Shown here one piece after another: positions 1 through 9,231 of a stretch of 64,000 nt of DNA (within the stretch, counting starts at the first letter, position 1; every line of letters begins with the position of its first letter). A program made the position numbers and the translations under genes. Origin of the DNA: an uncultured Methylomirabilota bacterium (lineage in GTDB: Bacteria; Methylomirabilota; Methylomirabilia; Methylomirabilales; 2-02-FULL-66-22). The DNA is taken from positions 209,714 through 273,713 of the forward strand of contig OY970067.1 in the NCBI GenBank assembly GCA_963705305.1, in the 5' to 3' direction. The notes under the pieces are model-generated. The model ran no database searches and was not told where the DNA came from. It saw nothing but the letters and a program-made list of their open reading frames with translations.

Positions 1-10
1 GCTCGGCCAT
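1..10 (-). CDS. 5' end of an unidentified gene running off the left edge
   Basis: ATG at 10-8 on the minus strand, with AGGAGG (22-17) 6 nt upstream. Only 10 nt are in the window, so the product is unknowable. Confidence 0.25.
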
Positions 11-653
11 GGCCTGCCTCCTTATAGTTTGTCGCCGCTCGCCTGACGCCTCTCACTCTCTCCGAACGCCTTGCAACGAACCGGAAGCGGAAAAGGCGAT
101 CTCACACATTCCGACGAGAATCGCCTCTCGAGTGTCCTGGGACCTTAGGATGATTACATGGCTCAATACGAGCACACTTGTTAGCATATTTATTCTGAAA
201 TACGTCCACTGTCTCCTATAGATCACGTCAAATATTTCTGGAGCGCACGCTTCGCTGGAACACGCAAAGGCACGCGCATTGTCTGAAGAATCGACCATTG
301 GGGAAGTCCCAGTAAGCAGCGGAAGAGAGATGCGGTCATGAACGAGAGAGGGCTCCGGCGGGATGCGCCTAGCAAGATCTGCCTCGCAAAGAGTGAAGAC
401 TAGGCAGGCCCGCAGCTCGCGATTGTTCTTGCCAAGTGAGCTTATCAAGCAGTAAACATGTGCCATAGAGCTCGCCGCACGCGTAATTCGATGAGCGCCC
501 CTCGTCCGGTGGGTTGCTTTTCTCACCATGCTGAATAGCGGGAGGGGCAGCAACCGGTCCTGAATGACGAGGAGATGCACTCGGATGAGTAGGGGTGTCT
601 CCTAAATCGTCGGCCGCCTCCTGGGATAGCCTGCATCGTCAAGGAAAAAGCCC

Positions 654-1622
654 ATGAATCACAAGCTGACCAAGCGTCGGACCGGCATGAAAACAAATGG
701 AGTCACAATGCCAGCCGCGACGACCATGGATCGCATGCCGGAGAGTCGTCCGCGACACATTGTACCGCATTCCTCCGGCATCGAGGCTCCCAAGCTCACG
801 GCACCTCCGAATGCGTGTGACTGCCATATCCACATCTACGACGAGCGCTTTCCCCCTGCCGGACCGACAGCACGGCATCAGACAAATGCCGGCGTGGAAA
901 GCTATCGGCTTCTGCAGAAACGAATCGGGACGACCCGGACTGTGGTCGTTACTCCCTCCTCGTATGGAACGGACAATCGGGCCACCATCGACGCAATTTC
1001 CCAACTTGGCCTGAACACCGCACGAGGTGTGGCTGTTGTCCACCCCACTGTCACAGACGCTGAGTTAAGGAGCCTGCACGAGGCCGGCATCCGCGGTGTG
1101 CGCTTTACCTTGTTTGACCCCAAGACGGCTGCCACCACAATCGACATGATCGAACCGCTTTCCAAGCGTGTGAACGAGTTTGGTTGGCACCTGCAGATCC
1201 ACATGCGGAGCGATCAAATTGTTGAGGCGGCTGACCTACTGTGGCGCCTCTCCTCGCCGCTAGTGTTCGACCACATGGGGCGCCTCCCGCAGCCGATTGG
1301 CATCGGCCACCCTGCCTTCGGGGTGCTCTGCCGGCTCATCGACAAGGGGCAGACTTGGGTCAAGTTGTCGAGTATTTATCAAGACAGCACGGTCGGCCCG
1401 CCGACCTACGCGGATGCGAGCAGGGTTGCCCGCTCTTACATCAACATCGCCCCGCAGAGGATGGTGTGGGGGAGCGATTGGCCGCACCCTACCGAGACGG
1501 AAAAGCCGGACGACGCCTTGCTTTTCGACCTGCTGGCGACGTGGGCGCCTGACGATGCAACCCGCCATCGCATTCTTGTCGAAAACCCGGAAGTTCTTTA
1601 TGGCTTTCCACCGCCGAGCTGA
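654..1622 (+). CDS. amidohydrolase-2 family protein (COG3618 / LigI-lactonase-like)
   Basis: ATG with AAGGAAAA upstream. Motifs CDCHIHIYD, WHLQIH, VFDHMGR and WGSDWPHP are typical of metal-dependent TIM-barrel amidohydrolase-2 enzymes. Confidence 0.8.
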   Translation: MNHKLTKRRTGMKTNGVTMPAATTMDRMPESRPRHIVPHSSGIEAPKLTAPPNACDCHIHIYDERFPPAGPTARHQTNAGVESYRLLQKRIGTTRTVVVTPSSYGTDNRATIDAISQLGLNTARGVAVVHPTVTDAELRSLHEAGIRGVRFTLFDPKTAATTIDMIEPLSKRVNEFGWHLQIHMRSDQIVEAADLLWRLSSPLVFDHMGRLPQPIGIGHPAFGVLCRLIDKGQTWVKLSSIYQDSTVGPPTYADASRVARSYINIAPQRMVWGSDWPHPTETEKPDDALLFDLLATWAPDDATRHRILVENPEVLYGFPPPS

Positions 1623-2182
1623 CATACTCGGCCCGAGCCGAGGACGGCGCCGTTTGGGTTCTAATCCGGTGCAGCCCTGGATCCACGTCCCATAGAACAC
1701 TGCAACAAATTCTGCGTTGAGACCCTGAACGATAGGACGTCGTTGACGGAGTGGAACAACCCTCGTAGCGTTTCCTCTGATCGGACGGAGAGACCCTCTG
1801 TGTGGGCGGTGTGCGCTGGTAGCCCAGGCCAGCCCCTGCATGGCCCACAGGGGGACGGGTCTGCTCCCCAGGCGGTGGCTCCGGGGCCCAGCACCCTCAC
1901 CGAAGGAAATGGCCATCCGATCCCCTGGGTCTTCCATAGGTGGGGGCCACACTCTGCTTTCCTGCTCCCTTCGCGCCCCGGGTTATGGGACCTCGCGACT
2001 GGGAGGGCTTTCAGCCGGGGCTCCAAGAGTCCCCGCCTACTCCACATGCCCACTCGGTCGTCGCCGGGGCGTAAATCCTCTTGCGCCAGAAGCACAGTGA
2101 GATCTTGCCACAGCCGGGAGGTCTTTGCCTAGCGCTGGCAGATCCTCCACCCGGCCTTCTTCCCCGACAGTTCTTGTCCAGT

Positions 2183-2971
2183 TCACCCGGCTAGCTCATA
2201 GCCATATTCCTTGATCCAGCCGAGGGAGCTCAGGGTGTCGGGGGCAGGTTCGTACTCCAATCCAACAAACTCCCTGTAGCCGAGCTTGTCCATCTCGCTG
2301 AAGAGGAACGGGTAGTTGATCTCGCCGGTCCCCGGCTGATGCCGCCCGGGGGTGTCCGCAACGTGAATGTGATCGATTTGTGCGATGTGCTCACGCAGGA
2401 TCTGGGCGAGATTCCCCTCTGTTCGTTGCGCGTGGTAGAGGTCATACTGAACGTAGAGATTTGGCCGTTTTGCTTCGGCGATCACATCGAGCACATCCTG
2501 CACGCGGTTGAGGAAGAAGCTCGGGATGGTGTAGCGATTCACATGCTCGATGACCACCTTGGCCCCGATTTCGCCCAGGGCATCCGCCGCGAACCGAAGG
2601 TTCTCAATCATAGTCGCACAATGCTGCTCCGGGCTAAATCCTGGCGTCATCTTGCCTGCCATGCAGTTTACGCGAGGAACGCCGAGGATCTTTGCGTAGG
2701 AAATCGCGATCTTGACGCCCGCACGGAACTCCCCCACCCGGTCCGGAATGGCAGCGATGCCACGGTCTTTTGGCCAGTTGCCGCTGGGCAGGATGAAAAG
2801 AACAGCCCGAAGACCGTTCGCCTCTAACAATCCCTTGAGCTCTTCCGCCGGATATTCATAGGGGAGGAGGAACTCAACCTGCTTGAAGCCGGCCTGCCTG
2901 GCGGCAGCGAACCGGTCCGTGAACGGGACCTCCGTAAACAGCCACCCGAGATTAGCCGCAAACTTTGGCAT
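2183..2971 (-). CDS. hydroxypyruvate isomerase family protein (xylose-isomerase-like TIM barrel; OtnI/Hyi-like)
   Basis: N-terminus MPKFAANLGWLFTEVPF..RF.AA..AGF..VEF is the Hyi signature. GGGAGGAAA RBS. Confidence 0.85.
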   Translation of the reverse strand: MPKFAANLGWLFTEVPFTDRFAAARQAGFKQVEFLLPYEYPAEELKGLLEANGLRAVLFILPSGNWPKDRGIAAIPDRVGEFRAGVKIAISYAKILGVPRVNCMAGKMTPGFSPEQHCATMIENLRFAADALGEIGAKVVIEHVNRYTIPSFFLNRVQDVLDVIAEAKRPNLYVQYDLYHAQRTEGNLAQILREHIAQIDHIHVADTPGRHQPGTGEINYPFLFSEMDKLGYREFVGLEYEPAPDTLSSLGWIKEYGYELAG

Positions 2972-3127
2972 GGAGCGCTTTCCTCCCTACCAGGGTGGGT
3001 GCCATGGCCTCAATTGATGGCCCCAGCCGCCTAGTGCGAGGCAGAAAGGAGCCATAGGGTCGGGAACCAGATCGCGTTCTCGTAGGTCACAGCGAGCACA
3101 GTTGTTGCTTTCTTCAGTGAAGGCACA

Positions 3128-4144
3128 TCACACATGCTGGCCTCGGCGATCAGCGAGAATGGTGCCCATCCGGCACGCCACCCTGAGCGCCTCGTAAAGG
3201 CCCTGTGAGCTCGCTTTCCCTTGTCCGACGATGTCGAAGGCGGTTCCGTGGGCCGGCGTGGTGATCGGAATTGGTAACCCTCCCTCGACTGTCACTCCTC
3301 GCTCGAAGCCCATCAGCTTCATTGCAATCTGGCTCTGGTCGTGATACATGGCCACAATGGCATCATAGGTCCCTGCCTTAGCCCGAAGAAAGATGGTGTC
3401 TGCCGGGAACGGGCCGGCCGCCTGGATTCCTTCCGAACATGCTTCCTGGATACCTGGGGCGATCGCCCGGATTTCTTCGTCGCCGAATAGCCCACCTTCC
3501 CCACCGTGTGGGTTAAAGGCTGCCACCGCCACTCGTGGCTTCGCGACGCCCGATAGGCGTAGCGCGTCGTGGATTAGCACGATGGCGTCATGCACTGCTA
3601 TCGGGGTGATGAGATCACTCACTTGCTTGAGGCCCACATGCGAGGTCACGCGGGAAGTCCAGAGGTTTTCCAGTACATTGATCTCCGAGATGTACCCTTT
3701 CCATTGCAGCCGATCAGCGATGTAATGCAACTCATCCGGGAAGGGGGAGCCGCCAAGGTGCATGGCCTGTTTATTCAGCGGGGCGAAGACGATGGCGTCC
3801 AGCTTCCCGCCCCGTGCCAAGTCGAGGGTGAATGCCAGCACATCTAGGACCGACTTACCCGCCTTAGGGCTGACCTGTCCAATCGTGAACTCGTCAGGAG
3901 ATGGGCCCGAAAAGTCCAGGAATTGAAGCGATCCGCTGTCGAAGCGTACGTCCTCCGAGCGACGCACGATTTGCACACTGAGGGAGATGCCAGCCGCCCT
4001 CTGGCCCATTGCAAAGCTACGACGATCCCCGATCACCACTAGGGCCGCATGCTCCTGAACGTCGGTGGTCGCAAGGAGCTTGGCTACGATTTCCGGACCG
4101 ATCCCAGTTGGATCCCCCAGCAATAACGCAATCCTTGGCTTCAT
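3128..4144 (-). CDS. PdxA-family 4-hydroxythreonine-4-phosphate dehydrogenase-like NAD-dependent dehydrogenase
   Basis: IALLLGDPTGIGPEI N-terminus, NPHGGEGG motif, TPAHGTAFDI. GAGGAGAAA RBS. Confidence 0.85.
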   Translation of the reverse strand: MKPRIALLLGDPTGIGPEIVAKLLATTDVQEHAALVVIGDRRSFAMGQRAAGISLSVQIVRRSEDVRFDSGSLQFLDFSGPSPDEFTIGQVSPKAGKSVLDVLAFTLDLARGGKLDAIVFAPLNKQAMHLGGSPFPDELHYIADRLQWKGYISEINVLENLWTSRVTSHVGLKQVSDLITPIAVHDAIVLIHDALRLSGVAKPRVAVAAFNPHGGEGGLFGDEEIRAIAPGIQEACSEGIQAAGPFPADTIFLRAKAGTYDAIVAMYHDQSQIAMKLMGFERGVTVEGGLPIPITTPAHGTAFDIVGQGKASSQGLYEALRVACRMGTILADRRGQHV

Positions 4145-4631
4145 TCTCCGTTTCTCCTCTGCGACAGGGTACCGCCAGCCCGTAGCGGTCCCCCTCGCCC
4201 TGACGTTTCACCTAGATTTCCTGGTTCCATGCCGTGAGGCCGTTCGGTGAGCAGGTGAGTGGCGCTTAGTATTCCGTCGCACTGGATGAGGATCACCGCA
4301 CTGCGACACGTTTCGGCATACCGGCGAACTTCCTATGTTTCTCGATTGGAGGACGTCCTCGTGATTTCCATGCACCCTTTCGGCGTTCGGTTCGTTTCGG
4401 CGCAGGATTCAGTTTGAGAAGCCCCTCGTAGGTTGTTCCGGAATCTTTAAGCCGACCTTCTGTGCCATTGCTCCCCAATACCCAAAACGCCCCGTGGGCT
4501 GACCGGGTGCAGCTGTGGCCGTCGGTCAGGAGCGTGAGAGGCCATCCTCCCCCCATGCCGTGGGATCGTCAGGATGAACCCGTCATCGCCCGTGACCCGC
4601 TCGACCTTCATCATTGATGTAAATGCTGGCA

Positions 4632-6017
4632 TCACTGCTTGCCGAAGGCCGCCTCCTGTTCGCGGCGGAGCTCCCACAGGTAGGAATCTTGGGGAATCTC
4701 CACCATCGCCTCGGTAAGGGGCGTTCCGGCCGCAACATCCTTCATCAGCCGTAACCCCGCGCACAATGTCAAGGGGACTAATTTTTCCCGGCGCGCCTCG
4801 GCCCAAGACTCGTAGCTCGAGGTTAGCTGGTCGGTCAGCTCGAGGTTCCGATCGATGGCTGTCCCCTGCTTGAGATCACGCTTCGCCACCGCGATGAGGT
4901 CCCATCGCGGGCGGCTCTCGCGTGCTCCTGTCGGAACCCCGAGCCTCGCCGCCGTGAGGATGGAAATGGGGGTTTCCACCCCGCAGAGATGATACGGCCG
5001 GTAAATCACGGCCGCGGTCCCGGCGCGGTTCGGAACCAAACCCTTCGTGTGCAGGATCGTACGCGAGTAGGTGTTCTCGCAGCGGACCACCACGAACACG
5101 CCTCCCCCCATGGTCGGGATCTCCGGTGTTATGAGCGAGCAGACCGTATCCAGCATTCCAGGGCGCTCCAGGGTTCCCCCGTCGGTTTTCAGACATAATG
5201 ACTCCGGAATCTCAAGGGTCCGGAGGATGGGCTCGGCATGCGGTCCGGTGATCGGGTCTAGCCCAGTGGCATTGGCCACGCAAATCATCTCCATCCGGTC
5301 ATAGTTAGCCCCCGTCTCTCCGAAACACTTGCGGCGGGCCGCGATTTTCGCCGCGGCATCATCCCGGATCGGCCGGGCTGCCTCGACCCAGGTCGGCTGG
5401 ATGGGTAGGCTCCTTCCCCCAATCCGAACCTCTCCGGCTCGCTCGTCCAGGACGATCTCCTTGTCATGACTCTTGCCCGCTGCGATGATCTCGAGCCCGA
5501 GTACCCTCGCCCAATCGCACAGGCCGATGATGGCCGCGGGCTGATCACCATCGGCTTGCGTGTACACCACGCCGGCCCTCTCCGCCTTCCGGTGGAGAAT
5601 CGGCCCAACGGCGGCATCCGTCTCCTTGTTGACCATGACTACATGGCAGCCCTGCGCGAATGCCGCGACGGCGTGGATAGCTCCCGCCTCCGCCTGGCCG
5701 GTCGCCTCGACCACCACCTCGACATCGCAGGCGGCCATCAGTTCCGGGCGAGCCGTGAGAACCACCTTGCCGCTGCGTCGGGCGTCGCGCACCTCTGATT
5801 CTTTCTCTGCGACAGCAAGACGTCCCTCGTCCCACCCAGCAAGGCGGCACGCCTTCTTTGCGGATTCGACGTTCGTATCGGCAATGCACGTGACAGCATA
5901 CTGCGGGATTACCGGGGACTGTGTGATGACGGCTGTTCCAAAATGGCCGGCTCCGATGATCCCAACTTTCACTGGTGGCTTCTGAGGACCCTTCGACAGC
6001 AGATTTCCGTAGATCAT
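4632..6017 (-). CDS. NAD(P)-binding oxidoreductase with C-terminal SAF domain (COG4091, homoserine-dehydrogenase-like)
   Basis: Rossmann motif VKVGIIGAGHFG near the N-terminus and a 461-aa uninterrupted ORF. GGAGGG RBS. Confidence 0.7.
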   Translation of the reverse strand: MIYGNLLSKGPQKPPVKVGIIGAGHFGTAVITQSPVIPQYAVTCIADTNVESAKKACRLAGWDEGRLAVAEKESEVRDARRSGKVVLTARPELMAACDVEVVVEATGQAEAGAIHAVAAFAQGCHVVMVNKETDAAVGPILHRKAERAGVVYTQADGDQPAAIIGLCDWARVLGLEIIAAGKSHDKEIVLDERAGEVRIGGRSLPIQPTWVEAARPIRDDAAAKIAARRKCFGETGANYDRMEMICVANATGLDPITGPHAEPILRTLEIPESLCLKTDGGTLERPGMLDTVCSLITPEIPTMGGGVFVVVRCENTYSRTILHTKGLVPNRAGTAAVIYRPYHLCGVETPISILTAARLGVPTGARESRPRWDLIAVAKRDLKQGTAIDRNLELTDQLTSSYESWAEARREKLVPLTLCAGLRLMKDVAAGTPLTEAMVEIPQDSYLWELRREQEAAFGKQ

Positions 6018-6082
6018 CGTAACCCTCCGCGCTAGCGTTCGACTTTACCTTCTACTAGCCACTCCATTCAATTTATCAGTTA

Positions 6083-7256
6083 CTAGTCTACCGTGTCACA
6101 CAGATGCCATCTTATGCAGCACTGCTCGAGCCCGCTCGACTTTCGCCAGGATGTCCTCCACCTTGGCCGTCCAGGTGAACGACCGGGGGTGGCGGTTGTG
6201 GTGTGCGATGAAGGCCTCAATGGCGGCGATGAGGTCGGCGACGCTCTTGAAGACGCCCCGGCGGAGCCGCTTGGTCGTGAGCTCCCGGAACCACCGCTCG
6301 ATGAGATTCAACCACGAGCTGCTGGTCGGAATGAAGTGCATGTGGAAGCGTGGGTGGCGGGCGAGCCAGCGCTGGACCGCAGGGTGTTTATGGGTGGCGT
6401 AGTTGTCCACGATCAGGTGGAGGTCCAGGTCGGGCGGGGTCTGCGCGTCGATCAGCCGGAGGAACCGGAGCCACTCCTGGTGCCGATGCTTGGGCAGGCA
6501 CGTGCCGATGAGCTGGCCCGTCACGAGCCCCAGGGCGGCGAAGAGCGTGGTCGTGCCGTTCCGCTTGTAGTCGTGGGTCAGGGTGCCGCACCGGCCCTTC
6601 TTCAGCGGGAGGCCGGGTTGGGTGCGGTCGAGCGCTTGGATCTGGCTCTTCTCGTCGGCGCACAGCACCAACGCGTGCTCAGGGGGATTCAGGTACAGCC
6701 CCACCACATCGGTCAGCTTCTCGAGGAACCGCCGGTCGCGGCTCACCTTGAACGGGCGGACCCGATGCGGCTTCAGGCCGTGGGCCTGCCAGACCCGGTG
6801 CACGGTCTTCGGGCTCACGCCGACCGCGGCCGCCAGGGTCCGCGTGCTCCAGTGGGTGGCGGCGGGCGGCGCGCTGGTTGTCGTCAGGGTGACGATGCGC
6901 TGCAGGACCGCCGGGGCGATGGCGGGCGTCCGGCCGGGGCGCGGGGCATCCCGCTCGATCCCGGCCAGCCGCTGCTGGGCGAAGCGAGTCCGCCACCGAC
7001 CCACACACTCGCGATCCGTGTCCAGGGCCCGGGCGACCTCGTCGTTCCGCTGCCCCGCCGCCGCGCGCAGGACGATCTGCGCCCGGCGCACGAGGCGCGC
7101 GGGGGTGCGCCGCCCCCGTGCCCAGCGTTCCAAGATGGTGCGTTCCTGCGGGCTCAGCACAATCGGCACCGCCACACGCATGGCTTGCTCCTCCTCACCG
7201 AGGAGCATACCAGAGTACGTACTATAAGTCACCGTATTTATGACACACTAGACTAG
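6083..7256 (-). mobile_element. IS630-family insertion sequence, copy A, inserted in a CTAG site
   Basis: Terminal inverted repeats GTCTACCGTGTCA (6086-) and TGACACACTAGAC (-7253). The element is flanked by C-TA (6083-6085) and TA-G (7254-7256), i.e. a TA duplication inside CTAG. It has a single transposase ORF. Confidence 0.85.
6096..7181 (-). CDS. IS630-family DDE transposase
   Basis: HTH N-terminus plus [17 protein letters not shown]...[14 protein letters not shown]...[13 protein letters not shown]. Start ATG 7181 with GAGGAGGAG upstream. The ORF-track start at 7232 is probably too long. Confidence 0.9.
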   Translation of the reverse strand: MRVAVPIVLSPQERTILERWARGRRTPARLVRRAQIVLRAAAGQRNDEVARALDTDRECVGRWRTRFAQQRLAGIERDAPRPGRTPAIAPAVLQRIVTLTTTSAPPAATHWSTRTLAAAVGVSPKTVHRVWQAHGLKPHRVRPFKVSRDRRFLEKLTDVVGLYLNPPEHALVLCADEKSQIQALDRTQPGLPLKKGRCGTLTHDYKRNGTTTLFAALGLVTGQLIGTCLPKHRHQEWLRFLRLIDAQTPPDLDLHLIVDNYATHKHPAVQRWLARHPRFHMHFIPTSSSWLNLIERWFRELTTKRLRRGVFKSVADLIAAIEAFIAHHNRHPRSFTWTAKVEDILAKVERARAVLHKMASV

Positions 7257-7853
7257 GAGGAGCCCCTGAACGTCAAACCTCCGTCATACGAACGGAAATT
7301 ACCCTGAGTCGCGTGTAAGTGTGAACCGCTCAGCAGGCCAAGGCCCTCATTCCGACTTCCTGCTCCCCTCTAGCTCCGCGTTGTGGGGCCTAGTGACCGG
7401 GAGGTCTTTCGGCCGGGGAAACAAGAGCCTTCGTCGACTCCGCACCGGGCGCGCACGCATCCCGAGCGGAGTCTAGTTTTTCTGTCTTGCATCGAACGGC
7501 TCGAGCCTGCTCGCCATTCGTTTTTTTCCGCCTCCAGCCGAATTGGCTCGCGCGCCCACCAAGGTGTGTCGCACGCGGTCGGAGTCCCACCGTATCCTCC
7601 CGGCGGAGGCTGCTAGACACCTCGTCATCTTTGGCCGCGTGCGGTATTTCAGCCTGTCGATGAACGGCTCGGTCGTCAGCCTCTCCCGGCGCACAGTCAG
7701 CCAGGTGCGGCGGGGGATCCTTCCGCGTCACAGCCAAGACTTCTGTCGCTCCTGGTGGCAGATGACGCGCCACATCCCCGGTGGACTTCCGTCCAGTCGC
7801 ATCTGCTCTCCCTACCCGCTGGTTCACCTCAAGGGTGTCCCCCGAGGCAAGAG

Positions 7854-8936
7854 CTAGTGTTGTGTAACTAACGCTGCTTTACAACGATCGACCTTCGTCA
7901 TGATCATGTCAGCGCTCTTGGTCCAGACGAAGCGTTTGGGAGCGCGGTTGTACTCATCGAGGTACTCCTGGATCGCGGCCAGGAGCTCCTTGACGCTGGC
8001 GAAGCTGCCGCGACGGATGCGCTTCTGGGTGATCTCGCGGAACCAGCGCTCGACCAGGTTGAGCCAGGAGCTGCCCGTGGGCGTGAAGTGGAGATGGAAG
8101 CGCGGGTGGCGGTGGAGCCAGCGCTGGACCGGGGGGCTCTTGTGGGTGCCGTAGTTGTCCACGATGAGATGCAGGTCCAGGGCCGCCGGCGTCTGCTGAT
8201 CGAGGGTACGGAGGAAGCGGAGGAACTCCTGGCTGCGGTGCCGGGGCAGACACTGGCCGATGACCTTGCCATCGAGCAGGCAGAGGGCCGCGTAGAGGGT
8301 GGTGGTCCCGTGGCGCTTGTAGTCGTGGGTCATCGTGCCGCAGCGGCCCCGCTTCATCGGCAGCCCCGGTTGGGTCCGGTCGAGGGCCTGGATTTGGCTC
8401 TTCTCGTCCACCGACAGGACCAGGGCCCGGTCCGGCGGATCGAGGTACAGCCCCACCACGTCGCGCAGCTTCTCGACAAAGTGGGGATCGCGGGAGAGCT
8501 TGAAAGTCTCCACCCGGTGCGGCTGCAGCCCATGCTGCTTCCAGATCCGCTGGACCGTCATGTGGGAGAGGCCCTGGGCCTTGGCCAGGGTGCGGGTGCT
8601 CCAGTGCGTCGCCCCCCGCGGGGTACTGTGCAAGGTCGCCTCGACCACCCGCTTCACGACCGCAGGCGAGAGAGCCTTCTTGCGGCCTGGCCGCGGCGCC
8701 TCCTTCAGCAGCCCGGGCGCCCCGCGGGCCTGAAACCGGCTCCGCCACAGCAGCACCGTCGGGCGACTGGTGCCCAGCCGCGCCGCGCTGGCGTTGTTGG
8801 GGACGCCCTCGCTGGCCAGCAGGACGATCCGGGCCCGCAGGGCCACCTTCTGCGGTGTCTTGCCCGAGTTCGCCAGGAACCGGAGTCGCTTCCGCTGATT
8901 CTCGTCGATCGTGAGCGCCCGCGCTGGAGTAAACAT
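7854..8936 (-). CDS. IS630-family DDE transposase
   Basis: 360 aa, collinear with the 6096..7181 product. Shared blocks include [36 protein letters not shown] and SSWLNL.ERWFRE. Confidence 0.9.
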   Translation of the reverse strand: MFTPARALTIDENQRKRLRFLANSGKTPQKVALRARIVLLASEGVPNNASAARLGTSRPTVLLWRSRFQARGAPGLLKEAPRPGRKKALSPAVVKRVVEATLHSTPRGATHWSTRTLAKAQGLSHMTVQRIWKQHGLQPHRVETFKLSRDPHFVEKLRDVVGLYLDPPDRALVLSVDEKSQIQALDRTQPGLPMKRGRCGTMTHDYKRHGTTTLYAALCLLDGKVIGQCLPRHRSQEFLRFLRTLDQQTPAALDLHLIVDNYGTHKSPPVQRWLHRHPRFHLHFTPTGSSWLNLVERWFREITQKRIRRGSFASVKELLAAIQEYLDEYNRAPKRFVWTKSADMIMTKVDRCKAALVTQH

Positions 8937-8994
8937 GAGCCCTTGTACACATACAGCACCTGATTGTAAAGCTATTTCTGTTACAGATCACTAG
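7854..8994 (-). mobile_element. IS630-family insertion sequence, copy B (diverged paralogue of copy A), inserted in a CTAG site
   Basis: Inverted repeats GTGTTGTGTAA (7857-) and TTACAGATCAC (-8991), flanked by C-TA and TA-G. The transposase stop codon TAG (7856-7854) is formed at the IS/target junction. Confidence 0.85.
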
Positions 8995-9231
8995 AAGTAG
9001 GAGAGAACCATGATTGGTCGTGCCTTTCTCCACAGATCCGGACATGTGGGGGCTCTATGGCGTTGTCGGTTCCCCATTCCCTAAAGCGCTAGCCCCACGA
9101 AGATCCCCCTGAGCATCTACGGTCTACGAGGGACAGCTCACGGACTACATCACCGAGACGAGCGTGCTCTCCACCGCCGATTCATCTTGGGCCATCCCTT
9201 CTTTCCCTCTGACGACGCAGAGCCCGCTCGT

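Noticed and set aside
53-580. ORF 53..580 (minus, 175 aa) as a real gene
   Set aside because: There is no recognisable domain, no convincing RBS and atypical composition. It is kept only as a low-interest observation.
1640-1690. tRNA-like T-arm (GGGTTCTAATCCGG) that might mark an integration site
   Set aside because: No matching acceptor stem, D-arm or anticodon arm could be built around it.
7257-7853. ORF 7390..7827 in the spacer between the two IS630 copies as a captured passenger gene
   Set aside because: The translation is low-complexity and matches no family I recognise. It is more likely the interrupted original intergenic DNA.
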